From NCBI RefSeq assembly GCF_035084215.1, contig NC_090354.1, positions 12,338,001 to 12,402,000 on the forward strand: a stretch of DNA of 64,000 bases, given 5' to 3'. Of the stretch, positions 27,950 to 41,349 are shown in pieces. The position numbers and the translations under genes were made by a program. Each line of letters opens with the position of its first letter. Within the stretch, counting starts at the first letter, position 1. This DNA comes from Heptranchias perlo (lineage: Eukaryota). The notes under the pieces were generated by a model. That model was not told the origin of the DNA. It saw only the letters and a program-made list of their open reading frames with translations, and searched no databases.

Positions 27950-29852
27950 CCACGGACAAAGAGATAGGAAAAAACAGCAAAGGGATACAAAGTAAGTAGT
28001 AAGAGCTGCAAAAAGGAATATGAGAAAAACCTTGTGAGATATATCCAGGAAAACACTAAAGGTTTTTACAAATATTAAGAGAGGGTGGTTAAGAGTAATG
28101 TGGGCCCCTTAATGACTGATGCAGGTGATACTGTAATTGGAAATCGGGAAATGGCAAACTTACTAAATAACTACTTTGTATCAGTCTTAACAGCAGAGGA
28201 TGAGGATAAAATACCAGAGCTACAAGGAAAATTAAAAATAAATCAAGGGGAGGAACTAACTAGATTCAATATACATTTTTTTGAAATGGTGATTGAGAAA
28301 CTAATGTTATTAAAGATCGACAAATCTCCAGTACCTGATGGTTTCCACCCCAGGGTATTAAAAGATGTAGGTGAGGAAATTGTTGATGTGTTAGTCATGA
28401 TCTTCCAAAACTCTTAAGGAATTGTCCCCTTAGATTGGAAAATTGTCAATGCCACTCCACTATTTAAGAAGGGTAAGAGAGATAAACTAGGACATTATAG
28501 GCCTATTAGTCTAATATCAGTTGTGGGGAAATTACTAGAATCTGTTATTAGGAACAGAGTGACTGAACATTTGGACAAACAATAGCTGATCAGAGAGAGC
28601 CAGCATGGATATAACAGGTAAGTCATGCCTAACGAACCTAGTTGAATTTTTTGAGGGGGTGACATAGATGAAGGGGGTGGCTATGGATGTTCTTTATATG
28701 GACTTCCAGAAAACATTCAACAAGGTTCCACATTAAAGACTGTTAACAAAAATGAGTGCATGGAATTGGAGGCAACCTATTGGCTTGGATAGGGAATTGG
28801 TTTGAAGGTAGGAAGAGTGAGTTGGGATAATGGGTATGTACTCAAATTGGCAGGATATGGCTAGTGGTGTGTTCCCTGGGATCTGCACTGGGGCTGCAGC
28901 TTTTCACTATTTATAAATGGCTTGGATGAAGGAATAAATCTAATATATCTAATTTTGCAGACTGCACTCAATTAGGTGGCACAGTAAATAGTGTAGCTGG
29001 GAGCAGAATGTTGCATGGGGACATTAATAGATTAAGTGAATGGGCAAAACACAGATGGAGTTCAATGTGGGAAAGTGTGAGGTCATCCACTTTGGACCTA
29101 AGAAATAGATCAAAGTATTTTCTAAATAGCGAGAAGCTACAAACTGTGGATGAGCAGAAGGATTTAGGGGTCCAAGCATGGAAATGACAAAGCTGTGGAC
29201 AGGTACAAAAAATAATTTTAAAAGGCTAATGTAATGTTGGCCTTTATCTCGAGGGCTGGAATACAAAGGGATGGAAGTTATGTTACAGCTGTACAGAGCT
29301 TTGGTTAGACCCCTTCTGGAGTACTGCATTCAGTTCTGGGCACCCCACCTCAGGAAGGATATATTGGCCTTGGAGGGGATGCAGCGCAGATCACCAGAAT
29401 GATACCGAGGCTAAAAGGGTTAAATTATGAGGACAGGTTGCATAGACTAGGCTTGTATTCCCTTGAATATAGAAGATTAAGAGGTGATCTAATTGAAGTG
29501 TTTAAGATGATTAAAGGATTCGGTAGGGTAGATAGAAACTATTTCCTCTGGTGGGAGAGTCCAGAACAAGTGCATAACCTTAAAATGAGAGCTGTGCCGT
29601 TCAGGGGTGATGTCAGAAAGCACTTCTTCATACATACAGTAGTGGAAATTGGAACTCTTCCCCAAAAAGCTGATGAGGCTGGGTCAACTGAAAATTTCAA
29701 AACTGAGATTGATGGATTTTGTTAGGCAAGGGTATTAAGGGTAACGGAACCAAGGCGGGTAGATGGAGTTAAGATACAGATCAGCCATGATCTAATTAAA
29801 TGGTGGAACAGGCTGGAAGGGCTGAGTGGCTTAATCCTGTTCCTATGTTCCT
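27950..29852 (+). mobile_element. CR1 LINE ORF2 remnant (~1.9 kb, many frameshifts)
   Basis: KSPVPDGFHPRVLK, YMDFQK and RLGLYSLEYRRLRGDLIEVFK motifs; ends cctatgttcct. Confidence 0.9.
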
Positions 29853-30403
29853 TTATTGACTGTAGTTGACTGAGCTTTGCTGACCAAATAATTTCAAAAG
29901 GGACAGAAAATGTGTTACAATCAGGGCAACTGACTTGTTATCACTCAGATCTGTTTTTTCACTGGCATTTTCACTGCCTCAAGGACTTTCCCCGTAAAAT
30001 TGCAATATGTGGACAGAAAATCCCGCTACACATAGGTTGAGAAATTAACGATTTGTCAGGAGATGTCTTAGTTATAACGTCTGAACCTGAAGGACAGTCA
30101 TTTGCTTTAAGTCTGATAGTTGCAGTCATTTTTGTTTAAGAAACAAAAGACCCTTTAAAAAAAAAAGTTATTGCATTTCCCATAGGCTGAGCCTTGTTCA
30201 GGTGAACAATCGTGCTTCATGTCTGTCTTTTTAACTTCACTCACTTGAAGATGATTTCTTGCTGATGTCCACTATATTTAAGTTTTGTGGCGTAAACCTA
30301 GGTTATAATTAAACAAAATGTTCTCCGGGCAGCATTAATCCAAGCACAGATTTAAGTATTTGCTTATAATGTGTATTTTCATAACTATTCCTAAACCAGG
30401 ATG

Positions 30404-30557
30404 ATTGTAAACAATTTTACAACACCAAGTTATAGTCCAGCAATTTTATTTTAAATTTTTAAGTGAATTTAAAATAAAATTGCTGGACTATAACTTGGTG
30501 TTGTAAAATTGTTTACAATTGTCAACCCCAGTCCATCACCGGCATCTCCACATCATG
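30404..30557 (+). mobile_element. Penelope-derived miniature fold-back insertion
   Basis: Perfect 54-bp arms (30404-30457 and 30466-30519) plus tail ccccagtccatcaccggcatctccacatca shared with the Penelope end at 58976-59006; flanking direct repeat taaaccaggatg (30392-30403, 30558-30569). Confidence 0.85.
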
Positions 30558-31304
30558 TAAACCAGGATGTTCTGCTTAGCAAAAGTATCACTCTGTAGTC
30601 ACCCTGTTCTGTTTAGCAAAAGTATCACTGTAGTCACCCACCTTGAGAATGTCATTCATAAACAGGAGGGCACCGCCATCTGCCTGATGTTCGTGGTATG
30701 ACGCTGTTGCAGCTCATGTGAAAACCCAGCGAAGAGGTCAGTTGGGTTAATCTTTGGTCTTGGTGGACATCAGGGAGGCGGAGCACATCCACTGACCGCC
30801 CGGTGACCGGCGAGAAGCCTTGATCAGTTTTCAAGATCGGGCTTCGTTACTATTCCATCGGCAAGCTGCCGATCAGAGGAGCCCGAATGACCAGCAGTTC
30901 CAGTGTGGAGCCTGGCAGGTACAGGTGGGTTAAAGTGGGGGGCCAGGAGGAGCATTGATATCCGAAAATTGCATTGGCGTCCTATTGATATAGCACCCCG
31001 ATTAGCGTGGGTTAATGAGCCGCCCGTCTTTTGGTGGGTTCCTATGCTGCTTATTTCAAGAGATCCACCAGAATGGCGATGGACCAGACATCAGTGTGGG
31101 GCAGTGAGTGATGCTTTGTGATTTGTGTCATGGTACCTCCCCATTCTTGCCTGAAAACGGGGACCAAAATTAGCCTTGATATCTTCACAAGTAAGTTGAG
31201 AAAATGAGAGAGAAAACTGCTGCAAGGTGAATGATTTCCCAGGTTGCAGCCTTTTTTAACTAAACCAATAAGGAGGCACTGAGTTGCCCCAGTGTCATCA
31301 AACA

Positions 31305-31735
31305 AAAACCAAAAAGTGCCCCCTTTTTAGAGGGGCACAACTATAAGGAACTAAAACATAAAACAAAGGAAACTGATAAAATTAAATAATATTATTCCCA
31401 GTGTCCATGATGCACTCTAGTCCCTGCGGTGCCCACCGGTCGCGGAAGGCCTCAAGTGTACTGATAGAATTTAAAGATGCACATGGATCAATGTAAATAT
31501 TACAATTCAAACCAATACGTTACAGATCGTACACAAAGCGTGCTCAATATTACAATTCAAACACAGTACTTCTTTTGATTCATGGTGTACATTACAAGAT
31601 GGGATGGCCTTACACAGTGGCCTTTCCCCATAGAGCCTTTGTGTAGGTCGTACCTTGTTTCAGTGTGTCCCGCAGCACATACTCCTTGACCTTGGAGTGT
31701 GCCAATCGGTAACACTCAGAGCTCCCAGATACTGC
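31305..31735 (-). mobile_element. Tx1-like (L1 clade) retrotransposon 3' fragments
   Basis: Minus-strand peptides ECYRLAHSKVKEYVLRDTLKQGTTYTKALWGKATV* and TLEAFRDRWAPQGLECIMDTG resemble Tx1 ORF2 C-termini; each is followed by a T-rich 3' UTR. Confidence 0.6.
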
Positions 31736-33420
31736 AGGAAGTCTTGTGTGCACAGGAAAATTCTGCTTAAAATTTACTCCAAGCTTGGGTTACTACTTTA
31801 CAGCAGATGTGAGCACTCTAACTGGGAGCAATAAGCCCCAGAAAGATGGTGTTTTTTTCAGCATAAATAAACTGAGTAACAAAATCCTTTGAGATGGACT
31901 GTTAGCCTAGACTATGAGCTCAAACGCCTGGTATGGGGACAATATTTTATAAAAGCACCAAAGTTGCTATTTTGAATGCGTTTGTTTAGCTTTTCACAGT
32001 GCACAGGAAGATTTTTAAAGTTACCCTAAAACAACATTTTGGTAAAATACTGTTCAAGAGTTGAAAGCTCTTACGGCCTCTGTCCATTACTTGCCTGTAC
32101 TATATCAGATAGCAGGGAATTTCTATAGGTGTCAAATAATTGCCTTTACTGCTAGAAATTGGTCTAATGACTGTTCCCTGTAAAGGGGATTGTTGTGTGT
32201 CTGCTTGGCTTAGTTGGTAGCATTTTCACCTCAGGGTCAGAGGTTGTGCTTTCAAGCTTTATACTAGGAGTTTGAGCTCATAATCTAGACTAACAGTCCA
32301 GTACAGGGAGATCTCCAAGTGTCCAGGCCAACATTCCTCCCTCAATTAATACCACCGAAAGATTAACTGGTCATTCATCTAATTGCAATTTATGGGTCTT
32401 GCTATGAACAGAATAACTATTGCATTCACTTTCATCATAAGCATAAAAATTTACATAACTGGATCCTCTGTGCATGTAAGGATGTCCCACTGCGTTCACC
32501 AGCTCATCAAATCCTTTTCAAATCCAGTTTTGACAAAAGGTCTTCGACCTGAAATGTGAACTCTGTTTCTAACTCCACAGATGCTGCCTGACTTGCTGAG
32601 CTTCTCTTTTTACATCAAATCCTTGTCTATTTCAGCACATTTCTGAACTTTTCCGTTTCTTGACTTATGGCACAATATTCCTGTTGCTCAGTGATTTTTT
32701 TTTACAGTGAAAGTACTATTTTTGTTTGAGTAGCTGACCGTGTCGTTTGGAAATTAGGACAGGGAGTCCCTGGGAATATATCAATATTTGCAATAGGTTC
32801 TCTCATACAGAAAAGTTTGAAAACTACTGACTTGCATAACAGTCACTGTATTTGTAAGTAATAAACTATACAATTCGTCCATACGATCCTAAGAATTCAG
32901 GTGCAATCATCTTCTTGCAATGGCAACATTTATAAATGACTAACACTATTAAACATTTAGTCACTGATCCCACCAAGCAGCGCTCCAGCACATCTCGGAA
33001 AATTATAGGCTACATGCTTGATTTCCTAAAATGAGTTCTTTGCAAACAGTACTCCCCCACTGGCAGATGCAGGATTGGGGAATTACCCATATTGTGCTTC
33101 ACAAATGCACAAAAAAAGGAACTGCTGAGGAACCTTTATCACGAAGGTAGAGGCCCTCTAGGTCATAAGATAGATGCAGAAGAGCAAGATCCATCCATCC
33201 AGAAGAAACTTGCAGTGGCCCCATCACAGCATCCAGCTATTTATCCCACAGTTTAACAGCAATTCTTTTGTTTTGGTATGTTGCAGCAATATATTTATTC
33301 TAAATGTCATAAATGTTTCAAAGTTCAACGTGATTTTGATGTGTAATTATTGGTTCAAGTTGATGTACTTAATTGCTACTTTTTTTGGCACATCTTTCAG
33401 CCCTCGAGAAGAACATTTGA

Positions 33421-33478
33421 GGAAGTGACGTTGACGTCATCGGGCGAACGCTGTCAAAGGTCAGCGGGACCCGGCAAA
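33421..33478 (+). promoter_or_regulatory. RPL27 promoter: ETS/GABP-CRE composite and full CRE
   Basis: ggaagtgacg at 33421-33430 followed by tgacgtca at 33432-33439, about 45 bp upstream of the polypyrimidine initiator; CpG-rich to ~33850. Confidence 0.65.
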
Positions 33479-33520
33479 CTTCCTTTACTGCGTGTGGCGG
33501 CCATTGAGCAGCGGTAGCCG
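33479..33520 (+). other. RPL27: RPL27 non-coding exon 1 with 5' TOP/TCT initiator
   Basis: cttccttt tract at 33479; the exon ends ...gccg|gtacct and would splice to aaATG, giving a gccg|aaATGGG junction like that recalled for human RPL27; YY1-like gcggccatt inside. Confidence 0.65.
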
Positions 33521-34324
33521 GTACCTTTACCAATTTCAATCCCTTTCCATCCGCCGTCTAGCCGCGCCGCAGCTTCGTCATTTGACCCCACAATGAAACA
33601 AACGGTTCTTCTTTAAGCGGTCGGCGCCTTATTTGGCGGTTCGGTGCCCGGTTATTCTGTGAATTTTGAAGGTTTATTCGGAGCTGCGGCGCCCGATCGG
33701 GAGGGTCGGTTGGTTGTTGGGCTCGCGCGCTGGAGCCCAGGCTCCCAGTTTGGGTCGCGAGGAGTGCAAGTTCCCGCTTCGCCTGTAGACCGGAGCCTGG
33801 GGGCAGCGGATGGAGCCTCTTAACGGGCAAATCCCGAGAGCACCGTGAGAGCTAAGAACTTTCCAACATGCCTCAGCTTTTCCATTTCTATTTATCCCCA
33901 TCTGTGATGTGCAATCGAAGGCCTTAGGTTTGGGTTATTTACTGTAAATGTTAAAAGCCATTGCCTGACTTGCTCGTCAGTGAGGCTGGACTGACTGGGG
34001 GAAGGTGCATTATTGGACCACATTACAGAATCCGGCATTGCAATCACATCAGTGACAATAGTCCCACGAGGGCACCTTTTAATGGAAAGAAAAAACTTGG
34101 ATTGATGTAGCCCCTTTTCACATCCATAGGTCTTCTCAAAGTGCTTCATAGCCAATGAATTACTTTAAAGTGCAACGTTCAAGCACTGCAGGCAAACAGT
34201 AACCAATTTTAGCGAGATCCTACAAACAAAATATGAGATGAATTACGAGTGAAATGTGTTTTTGGTGGTGCTTGTGGGATTAATGTTGGCCGTGACACTG
34301 GGAGAACTCCCTGCTCCTCCTTGA

Positions 34325-34471
<147 letters not shown>

Positions 34472-35701
34472 TAATTGTGGTTGTTGTTAAAATTTCATAT
34501 TATAAATGTGGCTTTTAATAAAAGTTGGACTGCAGTCTGGGTTTAAGTTTCTTTAGTAAGAAGAGATAAATGCACTTCAGCGAGCTACATCTAGTTGTAC
34601 GGCGCTGGGAATCCGTTCAAATGACTTGTACTTTATATAGCGACATTTTTCGTAGCAAAACATCAAGATGCTTTGGGGGATTTTCGACACTAAATGTGTT
34701 TTTGGTGGGAGCTGAATATGGTGGCTCCTTTCTTGCCACTGACACTGGAGAAAATTCTGGCTTGATGTCAGAAGCACAGCATCATTTATGGAGTCATGGG
34801 TGGCCGCAAGATGAAGTTGGGTATTTGGCCCAGCTTCCATATGTGCCTTGCTCATGGATAATATCACAAGAGGTGATGTGTAGATGAGGAAAAGCGGGGA
34901 TGAGGATGGGATTTTGGGCACACAGGATGTGGTCAACTGGGTGCAGGAGGAGTACCTATTGTAGCTGTCTGCAATGGGACAGGTGGGAGTGGTCAACTAT
35001 TGAGGCTATGGAGAGGAAGATAAGGAGGGATATTGTTGGCGGGCTCACAATCACAAGGATGTATATGACTTTGACCAGGGCAGCCTTGGTGATGTGGACA
35101 GGAGGGAAACCAGACTGATATGATTTGAATAAGGAGTGGTCAGAGAGGTAAAAGCAGAGCTGGATAGTAATGACTAAGAAATATCTTAATGGGGAGGAGG
35201 CCTCACCCTCCCCTTTGACATCCATCCATCTCTCATTTTATCTGCAATGCTTGGGGGGAAGAGAAGAGATTTCTATTCATATAATGCCTTATTGTTTCTC
35301 TTGGAAACATCTCAAAATGGCTTCACATTCATTGAATTACTTTGAACTGCAGTGACTGTTCCCGTAGCAGCAACAACAGCTATGTATAGAGAAAGATCCC
35401 AGAAATGGCAATGAAATGTATGACCATTTGATCTGTTTTTTCTTGGTGGTTGAAAGGTGAAGTATTGGCCAAGGCACTGGGGCATTCTATTCAAATGCAG
35501 TGGGATCTGTTGGAGAACCCTGGAGGTCAGCTTGGATTATGTCCTCAAGCTATAGAACCCACACCTCAAGGTGAAACTGCACCAAGTCCTGGAGTGGGGC
35601 TTGCACGCATGACCTAGAGCGCTAGCACAACTAGATATTTTTTTGTATTGGCTGTTTCAATTCTGTAGTACCATAATCTAAATATTGTGCTCATCTTGTA
35701 G

Positions 35702-35872
<171 letters not shown>

Positions 35873-38002
35873 TAGGTGTCGGAACATACGTCATTGTATG
35901 TGCAAATCGTATGAGTTTATCTTTTGCTGCAGTGATGGGTTCAGAAGTGTCTTTTGGGCTAGAAGATCACTCATAGATGGAAGGCTTTGCATTTAGGTGG
36001 AAAAAGGCCAAGGTTGGAGACTGCACTTTCAATATAAAAGCTATGTGTGGTTTACTGAAAGTTTTACAGAACTTGGTTGATGTATTTAACAGGTGGTTTT
36101 AACCAGAATATCAGAATTGCTGGATAAGAACCTTTTAAATCCAGTGCACGTAGGTGGACTGTTGTTTCGCATTAATTGGAGAACACAGGATTCATGTATA
36201 AAGACAACATCGACTTATATGGAGAATGGAAATTTGACTTTATCTCATCAGCTGTGGCCTGGTGGTGTGAATTGTTGTGAAGATTGTTCAGTGTGTGACT
36301 GTAGGAGTTGGAAAACAGGTTACATTAATTATTTGGAGGCGTTAAATGGCCTAAACTTCAGCTTGACCATTTTGCTTAGACTTGCAGTTGTGAAGTGCTT
36401 CAGGCGCTCATAAACAAGCAGTGATAAGTAATGAAAATTTAATTTGAGGGCAATCATCACTACAAACTTTGTATTGAGTTCAGTAGGTGTTAGACAAAGC
36501 ATTTTGTACACATTTACATGACCATAGCAGCAAAAGTTTTCAATGATAGATGCTTACAAGTTAAGTGAAATTTCAAGTTATTATTGCTTTGAAGGGTGCC
36601 TCTTGATATGTTTACAGATCCTTGTGCAAAAGTGTCTCCCCCGCGCAAACTTAATTTTTAAATGAAAGGTTCTTCACCAAAACATCTAAAAGTGCAAATG
36701 TCCGTTGGATTTTAGCAGTTGCATACTTTACTTTGCTATGTAAAGTGCAACCTTCATTTGAAGAATGAGACCTAGTTTGTCAAATAAGTCTCTTTACATG
36801 CGTCCTTCCTCCCTTTCAAAATTTGAATTTGGCGCTCAAGATGAGAGATGATAATGTTGGGAAATTGAACACCTTCCAAATTAATATTTTGGCCGTCAGC
36901 GTCAAGAACTCTTGGGCACGTGTAGAACATTAAATGCATTGGGCTCTCAAGTGCCTTACCTGGATAAAGTATTGAATAACTGAGCTATGCAAATAAAGGG
37001 AAAGTCCCAGGTTTGATCTGTCATCTGTGTTGAGGCTACCTTAGCTTAGCTGGAGCAGAAATTGGACTTGGCGCCTTTGAGCTAGAAAGGGAAAAAACAG
37101 TCGGGGTTCCTGCTCCTATTGGCTGACCAGAAACTCCTGCTGGATACACGTGTGGATGTTGGGGCTAAGACACGATCAGGTTTGACTGCTGCAGTCAAAT
37201 AGCCTGCGGACAGTCGCTGACACGGTGCCGGGGGGCAGGTGTCAGCTGTGGAAGGCTACCAAACGGAGCCTACATCCTGCAAAGGAAGAAAATTTAGTTT
37301 TCAAAAGAAAAGCCTTTTTGCTGATTCAATGTTTGAACCTCTAGGACTCTCTCCCCATCCCTAGAACAAAGTTCTGCATATAGTGTGATGTTTTGACATT
37401 CCAATAGTTGGTTCTGTTGAAAGTCTCTAATGGTTTTCAATTTCCCTCCCAAATTGTAATACCATCAGGTTCAATTAATAAAATTCAGTTTAATTGGTTA
37501 ATTGTCGTGGGAGACTTTTGCATATCTTTTTTAAAATAGTTCACAGGTTGTGGGTTGTACTAGTAAGGCCACATTTATTGCCCAACCCAGTTGGCCCTGA
37601 GAAAGCAGTATTGAGCTGTCGCCTTGAATTACTACAGTGGTGATGGTTATACAAAAACTATGTTTTTCCTTATTTCTGTAAATTTCTCCCCTTCTGAATG
37701 TGTTGACCCCCTTCTTGGAGTATGATTCCACAGGTGCTGGTTTCCCCCCCCACCCACCCAGTACCTCACCACCCACCCAGTACCTCACCCAAGAGGCCAT
37801 TCTTCATTTGTAAGCCTAGGCAACGAGTGTTGACATTTTTGAGGGAGGAGGGGAAATAACAGTCAAGCTGAATCCTGATCTCATGCGACATCCAAATACA
37901 TGTACTTCAAGCAGATGCCTCCCTAACCCAGGGGACAATTTTAGCATCCCCACCACTGCTGCAGCTTTCTCAGACCAGATCAAGTAGAGTTCCAGTTTTA
38001 TT

Positions 38003-39900
38003 TAAGAACATAAGAAATTGGAGCAGGAGTAGGCCAATCGGCCCCTCGAGCCTGCTCCGCCATTCAATAAGATCATGGCTGATCTGATCCCAACCACAAA
38101 TCTAAAGAACACAAGAAGTAGGAGCAGGACCCGGCCACACAGCCCCTGGGCCCTCTCCGCCACCCACAGGGCATTGACCGATCTGAACTCAGCTTCATGT
38201 CCAATTTCCTGCCCGCTCCCCATAACCCCTAATTCCCTTTACTTCTAGAAAACTGTCCATTTCTGTTTTAAATTTATCTAATGATGTAGCTTCCACAGCT
38301 TCCTGGGGCAGCAAATTCCACAGACCTACCACCCTCTGAGTGAAGAAGTTTCTCCTCATCTCAGTTTTGAAAGAGCAGCCCCTTATTCTAAGATTATGCC
38401 CCCTCGTTCTAGTTTCACCCATCTTTGGGAACATCCTTACTGCATCCACCCGATCAAGCCCCTTCACAATCTTATATGTTTCAATAAGATCGCCTCTCAT
38501 TCTTCTGAACTCCAATGAGTAGAGTCCCAATCTACTGAACCTCTCCTCATATGTCCGCCCCCTCATCCCCGGGATTAACCGAGTGAACCTTCTTTGTACT
38601 GCCTCGAGAGCAAGTATGTCTTTTCTTAAGTATGGAGACCAAAACTGTATGCAGTATTCCAGGTGCGGTCTCACCAATACCCTATATAACTGCAGCAATA
38701 CCTCCCTGTTTTTATATTCTATCCCCCTAGCAATAAAAGCCAACATTCCGTTGGCTTTCTTGATCACCTGCTGCACCTGCATACCAAATTTTTGATTTTC
38801 TTGCACTAGGACCCCCAGATCCCTTTGTACTGCAGTACTTTCCAGTCTCTCGCCATTAAGAAAATAACTTGCTCTCTGATTTTTCCTGCCAAAGTGCATA
38901 ACCTCACATTTTCCAATATTATATTGCATCTGCCAAATCTCCGTCCACTCACCCAGCCTGTCTATATCCCCTTGCAGGTTTTTTATGTCCTCCTCACTCT
39001 CTACTTTCCCTCCCATCTTTGTATCATCTGCAAATTTTGATATGTTGCACTCGGTCCCCTCCTCCAAATCGTTAATATAGATTGTAAAGAGTTGGGGACC
39101 CAGCACCGACCCCTGTGGAACACCACTGGTTACTGGTTGCCAGTCTGAAAATGAACCATTTATCCCAACTCTCTGCTTCCTGTTCGATAACCAATCCTCC
39201 ACCCATGCCAGAATATTACCCCCAATCCCGTGATTTTTTATCTTAAGTAATAATCTTTTATGTGGCACCTTGTCGAATGTCTTCTGGAAGTCTAAATACA
39301 CTATGTCCACTGGTTCCCCTTTATCCACCCTGTACGTTATATCCTCAAAGAACTCAAGCAAATTTGTCAGACATGACTTCCCCTTCATAAAGCCATGCTG
39401 ACTTTGTCCTATTAAATTATGCTTATCTAAATGTTCCGTTACTGTCTCCTTAATAATAGACTCCAAAATTTTACCCACCACAGATGTTAAGCTAACTGGC
39501 CTATAATTTCCAGCCTTCTGCCTACTACCCTTTTTAAATAACGGTGTTACATTAGCAGTTTTCCAATCTGCCGGGACCTCTCCTGAGTCCAGGGAATTTT
39601 GGAAAACTATCACCAAAGCATCCACAATCCCTACTGCCACTTCCCTCAAGACCCTAGGATGGAAGCCATCAGGTCCAGGGGATTTATCCGCTTTGAGTCC
39701 CATTATTTTACTGAGTACCATCTCCTGAGTGATTTTAATCGTATTTAGCTCCTCCCCCCGTAGAGTCCCCTGTTTGTCCAGTGTTGGGATATTCTTAGTG
39801 TCCTCTACTGTAAAGACTGAAACAAAATATTTGTTCAGCATTTTTGCCATCTCCATGTTTCCCACCATTAATTTCCCGGTCTCATCCTCTAAGGGACCTA
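38003..39900 (-). mobile_element. Young 5'-truncated CR1 LINE with an uninterrupted RT reading frame, antisense within an RPL27 intron
   Basis: 557-aa open frame 38195-39868 with KSPGPDG, YRPVSLTS, DFQKTFDKV, GVPQGSVLGP and FADDTK, running to the natural stop; 3' ttcttatg-repeat tail. Confidence 0.95.
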
Positions 39901-39948
39901 TTTGTGTAAATTCTAAAAAGCCTAAATTTGTGGTATTAAATATGTTAA

Positions 39949-40173
<225 letters not shown>

Positions 40174-41278
40174 TAATTTCCCAAACATACAGGGAAATTT
40201 CAGTCTCTGGGCCAGCCATTTTGGTTTGTTTTCAGTTCACTGGACAAAACACTTCAGTTTCACACTTGATCATCCTGTTGTCCTTACTCCCCCCACCCCC
40301 ATTCTGACTGCTTTTTTTAAAACTTTAACCAATCCATTTTTTTAGCCTTTTACTTTTTATTTTAACTTTAAAAAAATAATAAAACCATGTACTTGGCCTT
40401 GTTCACTTTACCAGCTCCCACTCTCTACTTTGGAGGTGGCAGCAAGTTTTTGATAAACTGTCTTTAAAGGTTAACTCTTCTGTTAATGAAAGGGTTGTAC
40501 GTAACCTGGAAGGTAGCTGCGGAGTGAATATACTTGTTGACCTCAGTAGATAAACAGAATGATTTATGTGTTTAAAAACAGAGCTGTTGACCAACAGACA
40601 GGTGACATTTAAGAGAAATTGTAGTTATTTTTAAAATTGCATGCCAATAAGAAAGTGGCACTGTAACTTCATAGCTATGTGAATGTATTTCCTCAAAATG
40701 TTAGGTTGCAATGTCTTGTGTGCTTTGCAGGTTCCCTATGTATAGATCACCATATTCCATAACATCTTACAATAGAGCATTCCTCTTAAATTCAGACTGT
40801 TGAAATTTTGGTTTTAACTAGATTCACTAATTCAAGCTACTCAATCAAATTATTTCCAAAATCAGCTGCCAGACACACAATAGTGCAAACCGAATGTTGG
40901 AGGCTGTAATTACCTCTGATCCACAGTCCATGAAATGAAATAAAGTATTTAAAATGATTTGCCCAAATTCAACTTTGTCTATCTTGCCATGATATCTTCT
41001 ACATGTATAAGTGTTGTGTACAAACTATGATAACTTTCACCCAAGGGTCCAGACCTTTAACGCCCATTATGGCTTCAGTTTAACATCTAAAATTCATCTG
41101 AAGAAGAATCTATCTGACCTTCATGTATGAGACATTCCTAACTGATATTCTTACCTTGTCTCTCCTTCCACGACTACTACTGATCATTTATGGACTGTGC
41201 TTGGTGTGAAAATGAAATTTTAAGTGGTCTCTTACCTTTGAGATGTTAACTTATATATTCATTTTTATTCTTCTGCAG

Positions 41279-41327
41279 GTACAAGACAGGAAAGAACAAA
41301 TGGTTCTTCCAGAAGCTCCGATTCTAA
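41279..41327 (+). CDS. RPL27: RPL27 coding exon 4 (terminal)
   Basis: ctgcag| YKTGKNKWFFQKLRF*; total CDS 81+170+111+49 = 411 nt = 136 aa. Confidence 0.96.
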
Positions 41328-41343
41328 ATTGTATATCAATATA

Positions 41344-41349
41344 AATAAA
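41344..41349 (+). terminator. RPL27 polyadenylation signal
   Basis: AATAAA 16 nt after the stop codon with a GT-rich tract downstream; short 3' UTR typical of ribosomal protein genes. Confidence 0.75.

Noticed and set aside
30569-30640. Short tandem duplication (~35 bp x2); a similar one at 15271-15327
   Set aside because: Ordinary local slippage duplications with no further structure.
38195-39868. 557-aa ORF as a host gene
   Set aside because: It is a 5'-truncated CR1 reverse transcriptase with a LINE 3' tail.
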